Notes: generated from the letters alone by a model not told the origin. A stretch of DNA of 64,000 nt from the human T2T-CHM13v2.0 reference genome, Homo sapiens (GCA_009914755.4 CP086569.2:13184001-13248000), one strand, 5' to 3'; positions 1 through 13,200 are shown, counted from the stretch's first letter. Made by a program: numbers and translations.

Positions 1-55
1 AGGCAATCTTGCTCAGCAATAGTTTGAAATAGGCATAGTTCACTCCCAAAAGTAG

Positions 56-370
<315 letters not shown>

Positions 371-399
371 TGCCCAGCCAAACATTGGATTTTAAGTGC

Positions 400-700
<301 letters not shown>

Positions 701-837
701 CAGTTTCATGCATTGATCCTAAAGGTTGGATTTATTGCCAGCTTATCTAAACTTTCATGAATGCTTAGCGATTTGAATTCCATAGAGAAAAGCAGACAGC
801 GCTAAAAGACTTCATGGGTTTTAAGAGGACACTTAGT

Positions 838-950
838 CAGGCGCGGGGGCTCACACCTCTCATCCTAGTACTGTGGGAGGTCAAGGCAAGAGGATGGTTT
901 GAGACAAGGAGTTTGAAACCAGTCTGGACCACATAGTGAGACCCTCCCCC
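838..950 (+). mobile_element. Alu monomer-like fragment (FLAM/FAM-like)
   Basis: gtcaggcgcgggggctcacacctctcatcctagtactgtgggaggtcaaggcaagaggatggtttgagacaaggagtttgaaaccagtctggaccacatagtgagaccc. Confidence 0.6.
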
Positions 951-959
951 ATTTCAAGT

Positions 960-995
960 AATGATAATAATAATAACAATTAATAATAATAATAG
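960..995. repeat. (ATAATA)n microsatellite
   Basis: atgataataataataacaattaataataataata. Confidence 0.8.
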
Positions 996-1376
996 AGGGG
1001 GCTGATTGTAGGCTGCAAATTTTTTAATAAAGAAAATGGTCATTGTGGAGCCACCTTCCTGAGGAAAGGCATTTGTAAGAAGCTTGTGAGGAGACCCCCT
1101 AAGAACCAGGGGTGATGTCCCTTCAGGAAGAAAAGAACAGATCATCAATGCTGGGACCTTGGAGGTAGTAATAGAGAATTTGGATTTTATCTGACAGTGA
1201 AGGAGAGCTGCCCCATGATTTATAACCAAGGTCCATCCACTCTGGCTTGTGTTTCAATATCAATATACTTGACCAAGTACAGCATACACTATAAAGTGAG
1301 TGTGCAGCTGGGACCAGGAACAGGCATTCTTCCTTGAGAAACTACAGTGTGTCTCTGAAAAAATGTCCAGTACATA

Positions 1377-1650
1377 GGCTGGGTGCAGCAGCTCATGCTT
1401 ATAATCCCAGCACTTTGGGAGACTGAAGTGGGTGGATCACTTAAGTCCAGGAGTTCGAGATGAGCCTAGCCAACATGGTGAAACCCCCATCTCTACAAAA
1501 ATAACCTGGACATGGTGGCATGCACCTTTGGTCCCAGCTACTTGGAAGGCAGAGGAAGGAGAATCAATTGAACACGGGAGTTGGAGGCTGCAGTGAGCAG
1601 AGAAGGTGCCACTGCCTGGGTGACAGAATGAGACTTCATCTCCAAAAAAA
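1377..1650 (+). mobile_element. Alu SINE
   Basis: ggctgggtgcagcagctcatgcttataatcccagcactttgggag ... aaaaaaaaaaaaaaa. Confidence 0.9.
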
Positions 1651-2029
1651 AAAAAAAATTCAACAAGGTTGGCAATGCTGAGAAAGACTCCCTGCCAAAC
1701 AGGGAGGACTGGAAGGGGCTCTGCAGGACATCATTGAGTCTCTAATACTTTCCTACAGGGGTATTTGATGCCTTCCAAAAGTACGAGATACCCCATGGAA
1801 AGGCTAAATCTCAAAGGAGCAACCAAGTCAGGCCATGAGTAGGGACCCTTCTGTAACCAAGTTATGGCTTTCACACCAAAAAGCTGGGGCAAGGCAGTCT
1901 ACCACAAAAGCAAAATTCTCCAACCAACTCTCTCCCTTGTTTCTGGCTGCAACTCTGATCCTGGCTTCTAGACCCAGATAGGGTAGAAACCACCTTCTGT
2001 CTCCTCTGTTTCCTGCCCACTTTCTTTAA

Positions 2030-2345
2030 ATTTATTTATTTATGTATTTATGTATGTATGTATTTATTTTCAGACAGGGTCTTGCTTGGTTGCCCAGTGT
2101 GGAGTGCAGTGGTGCTATCAAAACTCACTTCAACCTTGAATTCCTGGACTGCAGCAATCCTCCCACCTCAGCCTCCCAAGGAACTGGGACGCACCACCAT
2201 GCCTGATGAATATTTTAATGTTTTGTAGATATGAAGTCTTTCTATGTTGGCAAGGCTGGTCTTGAACTCCTGGCCTCCAGTGATCATCCCACCTTGGACT
2301 TCTTAAAGCTGGGATTACAAGCAGAGTCACTACACCTGGCCTCCT
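2030..2345 (-). mobile_element. Alu SINE (antisense) preceded by (TTTA/TATG)n simple repeat
   Basis: tttatttatttatgtatttatgtatgtatgtatttatttt then cagacagggtcttgcttggttgcccagtgtggagtgcagtgg ... gattacaagcagagtcactacacctggcc. Confidence 0.85.
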
Positions 2346-2805
2346 GTGCACTTTCTAGGTTTCTAGAAAGTAGGAGACCTTAAGAAGTCATGATTAAAGA
2401 ATACAACCCCCTCAGAGTTGATTTTGGCACTCCAACATTACCAAAGAGATAATCCTATAACATACAATCTAGAATTCCACTAAAATGGGGCCATGAGACT
2501 TAGCAAATAAAATTTCAGGGTGCCCAGGGAAATTCAAATTCCCATTAAGCAAGGAACAATTTTTTAGTACAAGTACATTCTAGACATTGCCTGAGGTACT
2601 TATACTGAAAAAACAAAAGTTCATTGTTTATCTGAAATTCAAATCCAATTAGGAGTCCTTTAACATGTCTGGCAACCATACACAAGGATGAAATATGGGT
2701 AAGATCAGTAAGACCAGTCCTTGTAATTCACTTGAAATTAGATAATATAGAATTGGTTAATGTAGTAGCTGACCTTATCGGGTGGAAGAAAACAAGATCG
2801 GACTA

Positions 2806-3120
<315 letters not shown>

Positions 3121-4480
3121 GAGAATAGACCCAATGACTACAGATACTTGAAAATACAGGTTGACTGCAAATTTAATGAAAATATATTTTGTCTTTAGAC
3201 TGTGAACTCATTTTCTATTGCTACAGGAAACAATGACCCCAAACTTAGGAAATTAACACAACACAGCATTATCTCATAGTTTCTGTGGGCCAAGAGTCTG
3301 GGGACAGCCATGTTTTCTGTTTCGGTTTCAGGGGGCTGGAGCCAGAGTGTTAGCAAGGTGTGCTCCTTACTGAAAGCTCTGAGGATGTGTCTACGTACAA
3401 GCATATTTAAATGGTAGAGAGGATTCAGTTGCTTATGGTTGTAGGACTGATGTCTCTGTTTCCTTACTGGCTGTGAGCTACAGTTTCTCTTAGCTGTGCT
3501 GAGATTCGATCAGACTGGTGGGAAAAACATTAGTTATCATAGCCACAAAACCCTTTTGGATGGCCTGAGAGTTTTCACATGACTTCGGTGAAAGTGGCCT
3601 GGTCCCATTACTTTACTTAAATAGATTAAAGTAGTAAACACCAGGGATGTGGGGAAGCTATCTAGCTAGCTTGTTTACTCATGATCTTAAAATTAACCTT
3701 TGATGTACCCTGGGTGCTTAAGTGCTTTTTACTTTGGAAGTCCACAATGTCAATTACCCTCTAATGGTATTGACTCAAGCTTTTGTTAATTAATCTTACT
3801 GAATAAATGTTAGTCTGACTACCTGTTCAATGCTGGAACTGCAACTGTTTACCAGACTCAGCAGGGAGTCTGTAAGTGGCTAGGACCCTCAGCCGGACTG
3901 GCAGAATAGAATATCTGTGTGTCAGTGCACGTTTATTCATCTGCCGCTGAATCAGGGGTCTGCAGGAACAGATCCCTCGCAGCCAGTGAGCCCACAAAAG
4001 GAGTGCTGCCTCAGGGTCCTAGAAGCTATCCACATTTTCATGCTTTTTTATGGTGCATTGACTCCCTCTCATATTCTAAATCTATCTGAATTCCTCTTCA
4101 AGCAATGTGAGGTAAAGGACTGTCACCCCCAAATTCCCTACACTGTCCCCTATGGTTGGTGTGCAGCACCAATCACACAATGACAGTGGCAGATTGCAGC
4201 AATGATCGCCCGATAATTTACCCCTTTTTCCATCCACATCTTGGCCACAGGGCTCTTCTACAGGGTCCTCTTGCCCCAAGCTTAGGCACATGATTTGGCT
4301 CACCATTGGGTTATTAGAAAATGGGATAAGCAAAGCCTCATGACACATGTATGGGGGAAACTGAAATGCATATGGCTCGTGAAAGAAGCCAGTCCCAAAA
4401 GTCTACATACTGTGGGCTTCCAACTCGAGGAAATTCTGAAAATGGCAAAAGTATGGAGACAGTAAAAAAGATCAGGGGTT

Positions 4481-4765
4481 AGTCTGGCACAGTCGCTCAT
4501 GCCTATAATCCCAGCACTTTGGGAGGCTGAGGTGGGTGGATCACTTGAGGCCAGGAGCCAAGACCAGCCTGGCCAAGATGGTGAAACCCTGTCTCGTCTA
4601 AAAATACAAAAATTAGCTAGGTGTGGTGGTGCATACTGTAATCCCAGCTACTCGGGGATGGTGAGGCACAAGAATCTCTTGAGCCTGGGAGGCAGAGGTT
4701 GCAGTGAGCTGAGATCCCACCACTGCAGTCTGGCCTGGGTGACAGAGTGAGACCCTGTTTCAAAA
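4481..4765 (+). mobile_element. Alu SINE with 15-bp TSD
   Basis: Alu consensus; identical flanking direct repeats aaaagatcaggggtt at 4466-4480 and 4766-4780. Confidence 0.9.
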
Positions 4766-5044
4766 AAAAGATCAGGGGTTGGAGAAAGGAAAGCATGAAC
4801 AGGTGAAGCACAGAGAATTTTTAGGGCAGTGAAACTGCTCTGTGTAATACTACAATGGTGGATTCATGTCACCATACATTTGCCCAAATCCATAAAATGA
4901 AAAACACCAAGAGTGAACCCAATGTAAACTATGGACTCTGGGTGATGGCAACATGTCAACGTGGGTTTATCAATTTCAACAAATACACCACTGTAGGGGG
5001 GATGTGGATACTGGGGGAGGCTGTGCAGGTATGGGGGCTGTGGG

Positions 5045-5463
5045 TGTAAGGTCAGCTGAGAGAAAGGATGAGGAGACCCAAACTCAGGCAAGCAAGCTTT
5101 ATTGAGTCATTAGAGGAGGCAGCCTGGCTTACAGACTATAGCAGGATTTTATAGGGCCAGAACCAGGTCGGGGTGGGGGAGCTGAGTCGGGGGTGCAGAA
5201 CAACTGGGTCGGGGTCGGGGAGCTGGGTCAAGGGTACAGGTGTCTTGACTGCACCCTGCAGAAGTTTTTTGCCAGCTGTGTTATGCGAGGTTAACAAACA
5301 TGTTAACCACAACCTGTAACCGTCTGGACAAACAGTTACTGGAGGGGTCACTGAAGGAGGGGTTTGTCTTTTGCCCTGGGGGAGTTGTGTGGAGAGCGCA
5401 AGAGACTGTATTGTAAGGCCTGTGGGAGGGGAAGGGAACAGTCTGGTTGGGGTGACCTTGACA
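5045..5463 (-). repeat. ERV#1 3' LTR
   Basis: aligns along its length with 11113-11565 (gagaaagga-tgagg.. / gagaagggaatgagg.. ; cagactatagcaggattttatagggccagaaccaggtcggggtggg.. etc.). Confidence 0.8.
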
Positions 5464-7346
5464 TTTTAGCCTTTTAATAGATAATAGGAAAAGAGGCACC
5501 ATTTTTCATCTGGCTACTTTGAGCTGAGAGGGGGCAGTAGTTAGGGAAAAGGCTGGAAGGTAGAGGTTGGTCCTGGTACTGTTTTGAAATTGGTGCTATT
5601 CTTGTAGTAGCATCACATCTTGTATGGTTTCGTGGGTAAAAGTTGGGACGCGGTTCTGTAAAAACTGAGTAAAGAGACATAAGAGGCAGGGCGCAAAAAG
5701 TAGGAAAAGGAGAACGGTTATGATGGGTCCTACGAGTGGGAGTAACCAGGAGGCCTAAGAGCTGAGAGACCAAGGGGGCCAAGAGGGCCAGGCAGAGGAG
5801 CTGGTTGGTTTTTTTTGGTTTGTTTTTCGTTTTTTGTTTTTGGACAGGGTGGGGGAGCTTGGTCTTTTAGTTTTTGACTGCATCCTGAACCAGGCCTGAC
5901 AAATTGAAACAGAAGCAACATTCCTCATCTACGAAGATGTGGAGACCTCCTTTTTCTGCAGTAAGTAAATTAAGGCCTTTGCGGTTTTGTAGGGTAACTG
6001 CTGCTAGGGAGTCTAGTTGGTTTTAGAGGTGGGTAATAGAGTCTGCAATTTTTTTTTTCTTTCAGGAAAGCTGGTAAGTCTGTAGAGAGTGCCGGGAAAT
6101 ATGATAATGAGGTTCCTCTTAACTGGTGTGTAGGAATAGATGGAGAGCAGAGGGCCCCTTGGGAGGAACTGACTGAGCATAAATGATAGTTTGAGGTTAT
6201 GTTTTTTAGTAAGATAAAAAGGTGGGGGAAGAGAAATATGGGTGAAGGAGAAGGTACAGGGGGTGCACACCAACATGGAAAGATTGGTGAAGGGATGATA
6301 GAATTTTTTGTTTGTTTGTTTGTTTCTTTGTTTGTTTGGTGGAGGATGAGTTTTTCATTTTTGATTATCTAGTTCCTTTGGAAGGAGGTTCCTTGTTGTA
6401 GTAGTGATGCTTTCTTTTTAGTGGGGGAATATTGGGTTTGGATTGTAGGGGTTATGAGGAGGAGAGAGACAGGGGCAGAAGAAAGGGAGACTTTTTTGGC
6501 TTCCTTATTGGCTTTCATGTTTCTTCCTGAGATTTTATCTGATCCTGTTTGATGTCCTTGACAGTGTATAACCCTTGCTTTGGTTGGAAGGTGTGCAGCC
6601 TGAAGGAGTTGGTAAATAAGGGGGCCATTAGTAATGGGGGTTCCTTTGGTAGTCAGGAATACTGTCTTTTGCCAGATGGCAGTGTGGGAATGAAGGATGT
6701 GATATGCATATTTGGAGTTTGTATAAATGTTGACTTGTTTGCCTTTGGAAAGGGTTAAGGCTCAGGTGAGAGTTATAAGTTCTGATTTTTGGGAGGAGGT
6801 TCTGGAGATAGGCGTCAGGCTTTAATTACTTAGTCAAAAGAAGCAAGTGCATATCCAGCAATTTTGGGGGAGCCACTGGGCCTGAAAGAGGAGCCATCTA
6901 TGAATAGCTGGTTATTGGGGTTGGTGAAAGGCTTGGAGGAAATGTTTGCGAAGTATAGTTGCAGGTGGTCTAAGATGCCAATGCAAGAATGACTAGGAAG
7001 GGAAAAGGATACGAGGAGTAAGGATGCTGGGTTGAGAGGAGCACTTTTGGCAAGGCAGAATTTGGGATTTTTGCTAAAGAAGTCATGGAGTAATTGAATC
7101 CAGGAAGGAGGAGGAGAGCTTAATGCTTGGGAGGAGAGATCTTATAGATTATGAGGACTGTAGACAGTGGTATTTTGGCTGAATGTTAGTGTCCTGCTTT
7201 CTACAGCTAAAATGGTTGCTGCTGTTAGTGCTCTAAGACAGATTGGCCACCCTTTGAATGTGCTGTTGAGTTGTTCAAAGAGGTAGGCTATAGGAGCAAA
7301 GGAAGGGGGATCTTCTTTTTTGTTGTCTTAAGAAACAAAGGGCTAT

Positions 7347-7628
7347 TCACTGGTTTTGGGCAGTATAGAGAGTGAAAGTTTGGGAGATAGTAGGTAAGGA
7401 CAGAGCCAGTGCAGTGATAAGATCAGTTTGGAGTTCACAGAAGTTGGGGAGTATGTTATGTGAGGAGTTTAGGGGTATATTGAAGGGGCCTTTGGCTGCT
7501 TTATAAAGGGGGTGAGCTAGGAGGGCAAAGTTGGGAATCCATATTTTTAAAAGCCTGATAGCCCTAGGAAGGAAAGGATTTCGCTTTTTGAGGAAGGTGG
7601 AGATAGGCTGTCTATTAAGGCTGCCCAT
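7347..7628 (-). pseudogene. ERV#1 pol (RT/RNaseH region) remnant
   Basis: minus ORF ..LLKIWIPNFALLAHPLYKAAKG.. parallels the ..LCQIWIPNFSLIARPLFEASKG.. segment of the ERV#2 pol at 39600-39700. Confidence 0.5.
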
Positions 7629-8308
7629 GCCAGGGTCATTGCTTGGGACCCAAGGGAGAGTTGAACTTCTAAGTAGGTCACACGGTAGGGATGGAAAGCT
7701 GTGCTTTGAAGGGGGAGACCCTATAGCCTTTATTAGTAAGGAAATTGAGAAGGGTAGCAGTGTGAGTTTGGGAGTTTTTTAGGGAGGGGCTACAGAAGAG
7801 GAGGTCATCTACATATTGAAGAAGGCAGCTGGGGAAAAAGATCCAAGGAGGTGGGGTTTTGAGCTAGGGCTTGCCTGAAGAAATGAGGGCTATCCCTGAA
7901 GCCCTGAGGGAGGACAGTCCACATGAGTTGTGTCTGTAGGTTGTCAGGGACAGTCTGAGTGAAAGCAAAATGGTTTTGGGAATCAGGGTGTAGGGAAATG
8001 GTGAAGAAGGCATCTTTCAGGTCAACTGCGGTGTAGTAGGTGATGTTGGAGGGGACAACAGAGAGACGTGTATAGGGGTTAGAGACTACAGGATGAATAG
8101 GGAGGACAGGCTGACTGATAGCTCAGAGGTCCTAAATGAGTTGGTATGAGCCATCAGATTTTTTAATAGGGAGGATAGGGGTGTTATATGGACAGTGTGT
8201 TGGTTTAAGAACATTGCGTGAGCAGAGCTTGTTTATGATGGGTGGCAAGCTCTTTTGTGTGTTAGGGAAACAGGGTATTGGGGAAAGTTGGGAAATTTAG
8301 AGGGGTCT

Positions 8309-8597
8309 CTTTTTTTCAAGACGGAGTCTCACTGTGTCATCCAGTCTGGAGTGCACTGGTGCGATCTCGGCTACTGCAAGCTCCGCCTCCCAGGTTCACG
8401 CCATTCTCCTGCCTCAGCCTCCTGAGCAGCTGCAACTACAGGCACCTGCCACCATGCCCGGCTAATTTTTTGTATTTTTAGTAAAGACAGCACTTCACCC
8501 TGTTAGCCAGGATGGTCTGGATCTCTTGATCTCGTGATCCACCCACCTCGGCCTCCCAAAGTGCTGGGATTACAGGCATGAGACACTGCGTCTGGCC
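8309..8597 (-). mobile_element. Alu SINE nested in ERV#1, with 11-bp TSD
   Basis: antisense Alu (tttttttcaagacggagtctcactgtgtcatccagtctggagtgcactggtgcgatctcggc...); direct repeats tagaggggtct at 8298-8308 and 8598-8608. Confidence 0.9.
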
Positions 8598-9839
8598 TAG
8601 AGGGGTCTTTTAACTGAATTTTGATGGGGTCCTGGTGAGCAGCTGTGGAAGGGGTGGTGGTGTAACACAGTACTGGGTTAATGAGGGAGGTGGGTAGCGG
8701 GTGCTGGGGAGGGGGCTCAGGGGCCGGACTAGCAGAGAGGAGCAGGAGAGACTCTGGTTGAGGGGACAGGAAAAGGTGATAGAAGCTTTGAATTTGGCTA
8801 AAATATCTTGGTCTAGGATGGGGGTGGGGCAATGAGGCATGATAAGGAAGGAGTGTGAAAAAATATTATTAAATAGGGAACAACTAAGAGATTCAGTAGC
8901 ACACAGACACAAGATGAGTCCCTCAACCCCCACAACAGAGACCTGGGAAGGGTAAGTGGGTCCTAAAAATTCAGGTAAAGCCGAATAGGTAGGTGGCCCC
9001 ACTATCAATTAAGAAAGAGATTGGCTTACCTGCTATTAGCAGAGTTACCCTGGGCTCCCATGTAGTGACGGCAGATGGGGCCGGGGGCACTGGGCTCCAT
9101 CAGTCTTCAGTGGCCAGGCCATGGGGCTGCAGCAGTATGAGTGCCTTTTTACTCTTTGCTTTTCCAGGGCCTTGAGGAACCGGCCTGTTAGCTTGCTTGT
9201 TAAGAGGGCAATCAGATTTCCAGTAACCAGTTTGTTGGGAGGCTGGCCAAGGCGTTTTTGGCACTTGCAGGTTAGGGCACGCTCAGGCCTACTGGCCTTC
9301 TTTGCTGCACTTAAACAGGGACCAGGAGGGTCACTGCTATTGGGTCTTTTGTGCCCCTAGGCAGCCTGGGTAGGCTGATGAATAGCTGCTGCTAAGAGCT
9401 GGTATTTAGCACAATCTCGTTGGGCTTTATCTAATTTATTTTGCTCATCTCTGTTGCTGAAGACCTTACAGGCCAGGTTAAGGAGGTCTTGTTGAGGGGT
9501 TTGAGGGCCGTCTTCTACCTTTCCGAGCTTGCACCATATGTCAGGAGCAGACTGAGAGATAAAATGGGTATTAAGAACAATCTTTCCTTCCCGGGAGGTG
9601 GGGTCAACATGGGTGTGTTTTTGGAGGGCCTCTGTAAGGCAGGAAAGAAATTCAGTGGGATTTTTGTTGGCCCTTTGGGAGATTTCTTTAAGTTTTTTAA
9701 AGTTTATGGCTTTATGGGCAGCTTTGTTGAGGACTGCGGCAAGGCAAGTGATCGTGCCGTTAGGAGATGCCCAGCCAGGATCTGTGGGTTGATAGTCCCA
9801 GGAGAGTTTTCCCGGGGTACTGCAGTGGCCCCCATGGGC

Positions 9840-10470
9840 TTAGTAGGGTCTTGCTGATGAAGATTGTTGGCATGTGCCTGAGCTGCAAGCCACACTTTTT
9901 TTTTTTTTTTTCCCTGGGAGGACTGCAGAAGAGAGGATAATTTGGAGATCATGCCAAGTGAGTTTGTACGATTGGGTAAAGTATTTGAGCTTTTTGATGG
10001 AAGTGTCAGGATTGGAGGAAAACGACCTGAGACGTTTCTTAATTTGGGAAAGGTTGGAGAGGGAGAAGGGAATGTGGATATGAACGATTCCTTTAGCCCT
10101 GGACACCTCTTGGAGGGGAAGTAAGGGGGCCGACTTGGGCGTGCTGAGTCTGAGAGCGGGTGTGAGGTGGAGATGAGAAGGAATCAGAATCAGAAGCTGG
10201 GTGGTTGGAAAGAGTGGGGAAAAGAGCGAGGGCAGGAGCGTAGGGTGGAGGGTCGTGATGATTGGGCAGAAGATTATCATGTTGACTGGGCCGGGAGAAG
10301 TCGGCAGGGTCAAAGGAGGAGGAATTGTCAGAAGGAAGGGGGAGCTGAGGATGTGTCTGGCTTGGAGCAGGTGAAGAGGATTTGGAAAGCGGAACAGGAC
10401 TGACAAAGGGAGGGGTGGCTACGGAGGGCAAAAAAGGCCTGAATATAAGGGATTTCAGACCACTTGACAT
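9840..10470 (-). pseudogene. ERV#1 gag remnant (MA/p12-like, PPPY late domain)
   Basis: minus-strand ORFs 9840-10406 and 10093-10470; ..HHDPPPYAPALALFP.. and KLTWHDLQIILSS; multiple frameshifts. Confidence 0.55.
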
Positions 10471-11091
10471 TGCGATAGGAAAAGTTGTCTAAGTCCCTGA
10501 GGATGTTAAAATTGGAAGTGCCATTTTCAGGCCATTGGGAGCCATTGTTTAGTTTATATTGCGGCCAGGCAGTGTTACAAAAAAGATGAGCCTTTTTGGC
10601 CGAATTTCGGAACGGAGGCTAAGGGCGTTAAGGTTACGGGGGAGACACTCGAGGACGGGATGTTTCGACGGAGTGGATTGGGAGGCTCCTATAGTGGAAT
10701 GAGAAAGGCAGAGGTAGAGACGGGAGACTTGGCCAGAGACCAGAACGGTGGGAGAAGGCATCCCTTGTCCCATGGTTCAAGTCGGATAAGTGGATATCCC
10801 CCCGTTCAGGCGTCCCTGAAAGAGAGATACCGAGGGCCTAGAGGCTGGGAGGGGGGAACCCTTGGCCCAGCGCTGGGTCTTTCGGGAAGGAAAGAGCGGA
10901 CAAGGGTTCCAGACTGAAGACAAAAGTCTCCTTTACTCAGGCCTGACACGGCCCCGGTGTTGGATGTTATTGCTAGCAATGGAAAAGCTGTATGAAATCC
11001 TCGGGTCTCTAGCAGATTCTGGAAGGAGAAGTTTGGCTAGGAGGAGCTGGGAAAGTAGAAGGGGAGAAAGGGAGGCCGAACTCTACCATCT

Positions 11092-11109
11092 TCCCGGGTT
11101 TCAGCACCA
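11092..11109 (-). promoter_or_regulatory. ERV#1 primer binding site, tRNA-Phe-like
   Basis: minus strand reads ..ca tcc TGGTGCTGAACCCGGGAAG immediately after the LTR; tRNA-Phe PBS is TGGTGCCGAAACCCGGGA (one mismatch plus one 1-nt deletion). Confidence 0.6.
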
Positions 11110-11112
11110 GGA

Positions 11113-11565
11113 TGTAAAGGATCATTGGAAGGACAGTTGAGAAGGGAATGAGGCCAATAAAGCCAAGTTCAGGCAAGCTGATTTATTGTCAGTCCTGCGG
11201 GACTACCTCTTGAGAAAACCAGAGGAGGCAGCCCGACTTACAGACTGTAGGGTTTTATAGGGCCAGAACCAGGTTGGGGTGCCGGAGCTGAGTCGGGGGT
11301 GCAGGAGAACTGGGTCGGGGTTGGGGATCTGAGTCAGGGGTGCAGCTGTCTTGACCTCACCCTGGAGATGTTTCTTGCCGGCTTTGTTATGCGAGGTTAA
11401 CACACATGTGAACCGCATCCTGTAACTGTCTGCACAGTTACTGGAAGGGTCAGTGAAGGAGGGGTTTCTCTTTTGCCCTGGGGGATCTGTGGAGAGAGTG
11501 CAAGAGACTGTATTGTAAGGTCTGTGGGAGGGGAAGGGAATGGTCTGGTCAGGGTGACCCTAACA
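11113..11565 (-). repeat. ERV#1 5' LTR
   Basis: see 3' LTR; minus-strand polyA signal (tttattg on plus) near lower end. Confidence 0.8.
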
Positions 11566-11719
11566 GGGGGCATATGGAAAAATCTCTGCACCTTGCTTTT
11601 AATTCAGCTATGAACCGAAAACTGCTCTAAAAACTAAAGTCTATTAAATGCTATATATTAATGATAATATATTGATATTTATAGGTAAACATATAGAATG
11701 CCTACCCTGTCCCAGGCAC

Positions 11720-12000
11720 TTTCTTCTTCTTTTTTTTTTTTTTTTTTTTCTGAGATGGAGTCTCAGGCTGGAGTTGCCCAGGCTGGAGTGCAGTGGTGTG
11801 ATCTCACCTAACCGCAACCTCCACCTCCTGGGTTCAAGAGATTCTCCTGTCTCTGCCTCCTTAGCAGTTGGGATTACAGGTGCCCACCACCACACCCAGC
11901 TAATTTTTGAATTTTTAGTAGAGATGGGGTTTCACCATGTTGACCAGGCTGGTCTTGAACTGCTGACTTCAAGTGATCCGCTCCCCACCTAGCCTCCCAA
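11720..12000 (-). mobile_element. Alu SINE (antisense)
   Basis: long poly-T then ctgagatggagtctcaggctggagttgcccaggctggagtgcagtggtgtgatctc ... ccagctaatttttgaatttttagtagagatggggtttcaccatgttgaccaggctgg. Confidence 0.9.
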
Positions 12001-12039
12001 TACACACTTTGGATATAGTAACTCAGCCCTCACCACAAC

Positions 12040-12140
12040 ACCATGAGGGAACAACTCCCATTACTTCCTTTTCACAGATGAGGAAACCAAAGCACAGGCA
12101 GTGACCACACTGAGAAGCCACAAGAGAAAGTGGTGAGGAC
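12040..12140 (+). mobile_element. MIR SINE fragment
   Basis: core ttcacagatgaggaaaccaaagcacaggcagtgaccacactgagaagccacaag matches MIR core TTTACAGATGAGGAAACTGAGGCACAGAG.. Confidence 0.5.
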
Positions 12141-12229
12141 TAGGCACTAGCAGGGGAAAAGACCTTCCTCTATAATTTAAGTGAGAAAAGCAATGTGTCT
12201 ATTTAGTTATTTCAGTGCTGCTAAACAAA

Positions 12230-13200
12230 CTGAGATAGGCACACATAAAGAGAAAGAAAAAGGAAGGCAGAAGAGGGGAGAGAGAGAAACACAGAGAAGA
12301 GAGAGGAGAGAAACACATAGAGAATGAGAGCGGGAATGAGAAAAACAAGAGAAAAAGAGAAAAATGCGAGAGGCAATCAGAGTCAGAGAGAGACAGAGAA
12401 AGAGAAAGGTACAGGGAAAGAGAAAAAAGAACCATGCAGAAAAAGAGAGAGCAAGAGAGAGGGAATCAGATGGAACAGACAGAAATACACAGAGGCAGAG
12501 ACTGAGAGAAAGAGGGGGGCCAAACACACGGATAATGAGACAGAAACTGAAACCGTGACAGGGACCATTAGAGAGATGCAGAAGACACTGGAGAGAGAAG
12601 GAGTAATACAGAATGAGAATCACAGAGAGAAACAGAGAGAGAGGAGACAGAAACACAAATAAAGAGAGAGGGAGAAAGAGAGTGAGATATAAAGGAGAGA
12701 AAGAGGGTGACACAGAGAGGAGAGAAAGACAGTAAGAGAGGAGAGAGAGAAACAGAGTGAGACAGAGAGGACAGAAAGACAGACAACAGAAAAGATGTGA
12801 GACAGAGAGGAGAGGAACAGAGTGAGACAGAGGAAAGAGAAACAGTGAGACAGAGAGGACAGAAAGACAGTGAGACAGAGCAGAGAAAAAGACAGTGACA
12901 CAGAGGAGAGAGTAAGATGAGAGAGAGAAAAAGAGTGAGACAGAGAGGAGAGAAAGAGACAGAGGAGACAGAGTGAGAATGAAAGTAAGACAGAGGAGAG
13001 AGACAGAGGAGAGAAAGAAAAAGTGTGAGACAGAGGAGAGAGTAAGAAAGAAAGTGAGACAGGAGGAGAGAGAGAGAGGAAAGAGAGAAGGAAAGTGAAA
13101 CAGAGGAGAAAGATACAGAGAAAGACAGAAAGAGGAGAGTGAGAAAGAGGAGAGAGAGGAGAGGAGAGTGAGACAAAGAGAGAACTACGCACACAGAGGG
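12230..13200. repeat. GA-rich (purine-only) minisatellite, approx 25-bp degenerate unit (gagacagagaggagagaaagacagt-like)
   Basis: approx 1 kb in which the plus strand is almost exclusively A/G; recurring (a)gtgagacagag(a)gg(a/g)gag(a)aagaca units; minus-strand poly-Ser/Leu ORFs (12207-13231) are artefacts. Confidence 0.85.

Larger units (their letters stand above)
5045..11565 (-). mobile_element. ERV#1: internally deleted class I endogenous retrovirus (HERV-F/H-like, tRNA-Phe PBS)
   Basis: two approx 85-90% identical 420-450 bp LTR copies (5045-5463 and 11113-11565) beginning tgtaa(a)gg and ending ..ggtgacc(t/c)t(g/a)aca; AATAAA on minus strand in each; PBS next to upper LTR; gag- and pol-like ORF remnants on minus strand between them. 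Confidence 0.8.

Noticed and set aside
3130-3620. Apparently unique segment considered as a possible exon or regulatory block
   Set aside because: It contains the widespread ancient mammalian repeat motif ..ctattgctacaggaaacaa..cttaggaaattaacacaacacagcattatctcatagtttctgtgggccaagagtctgggg... I recognise this as an old interspersed repeat (family not confidently recalled). There are no ORF or splice signals.
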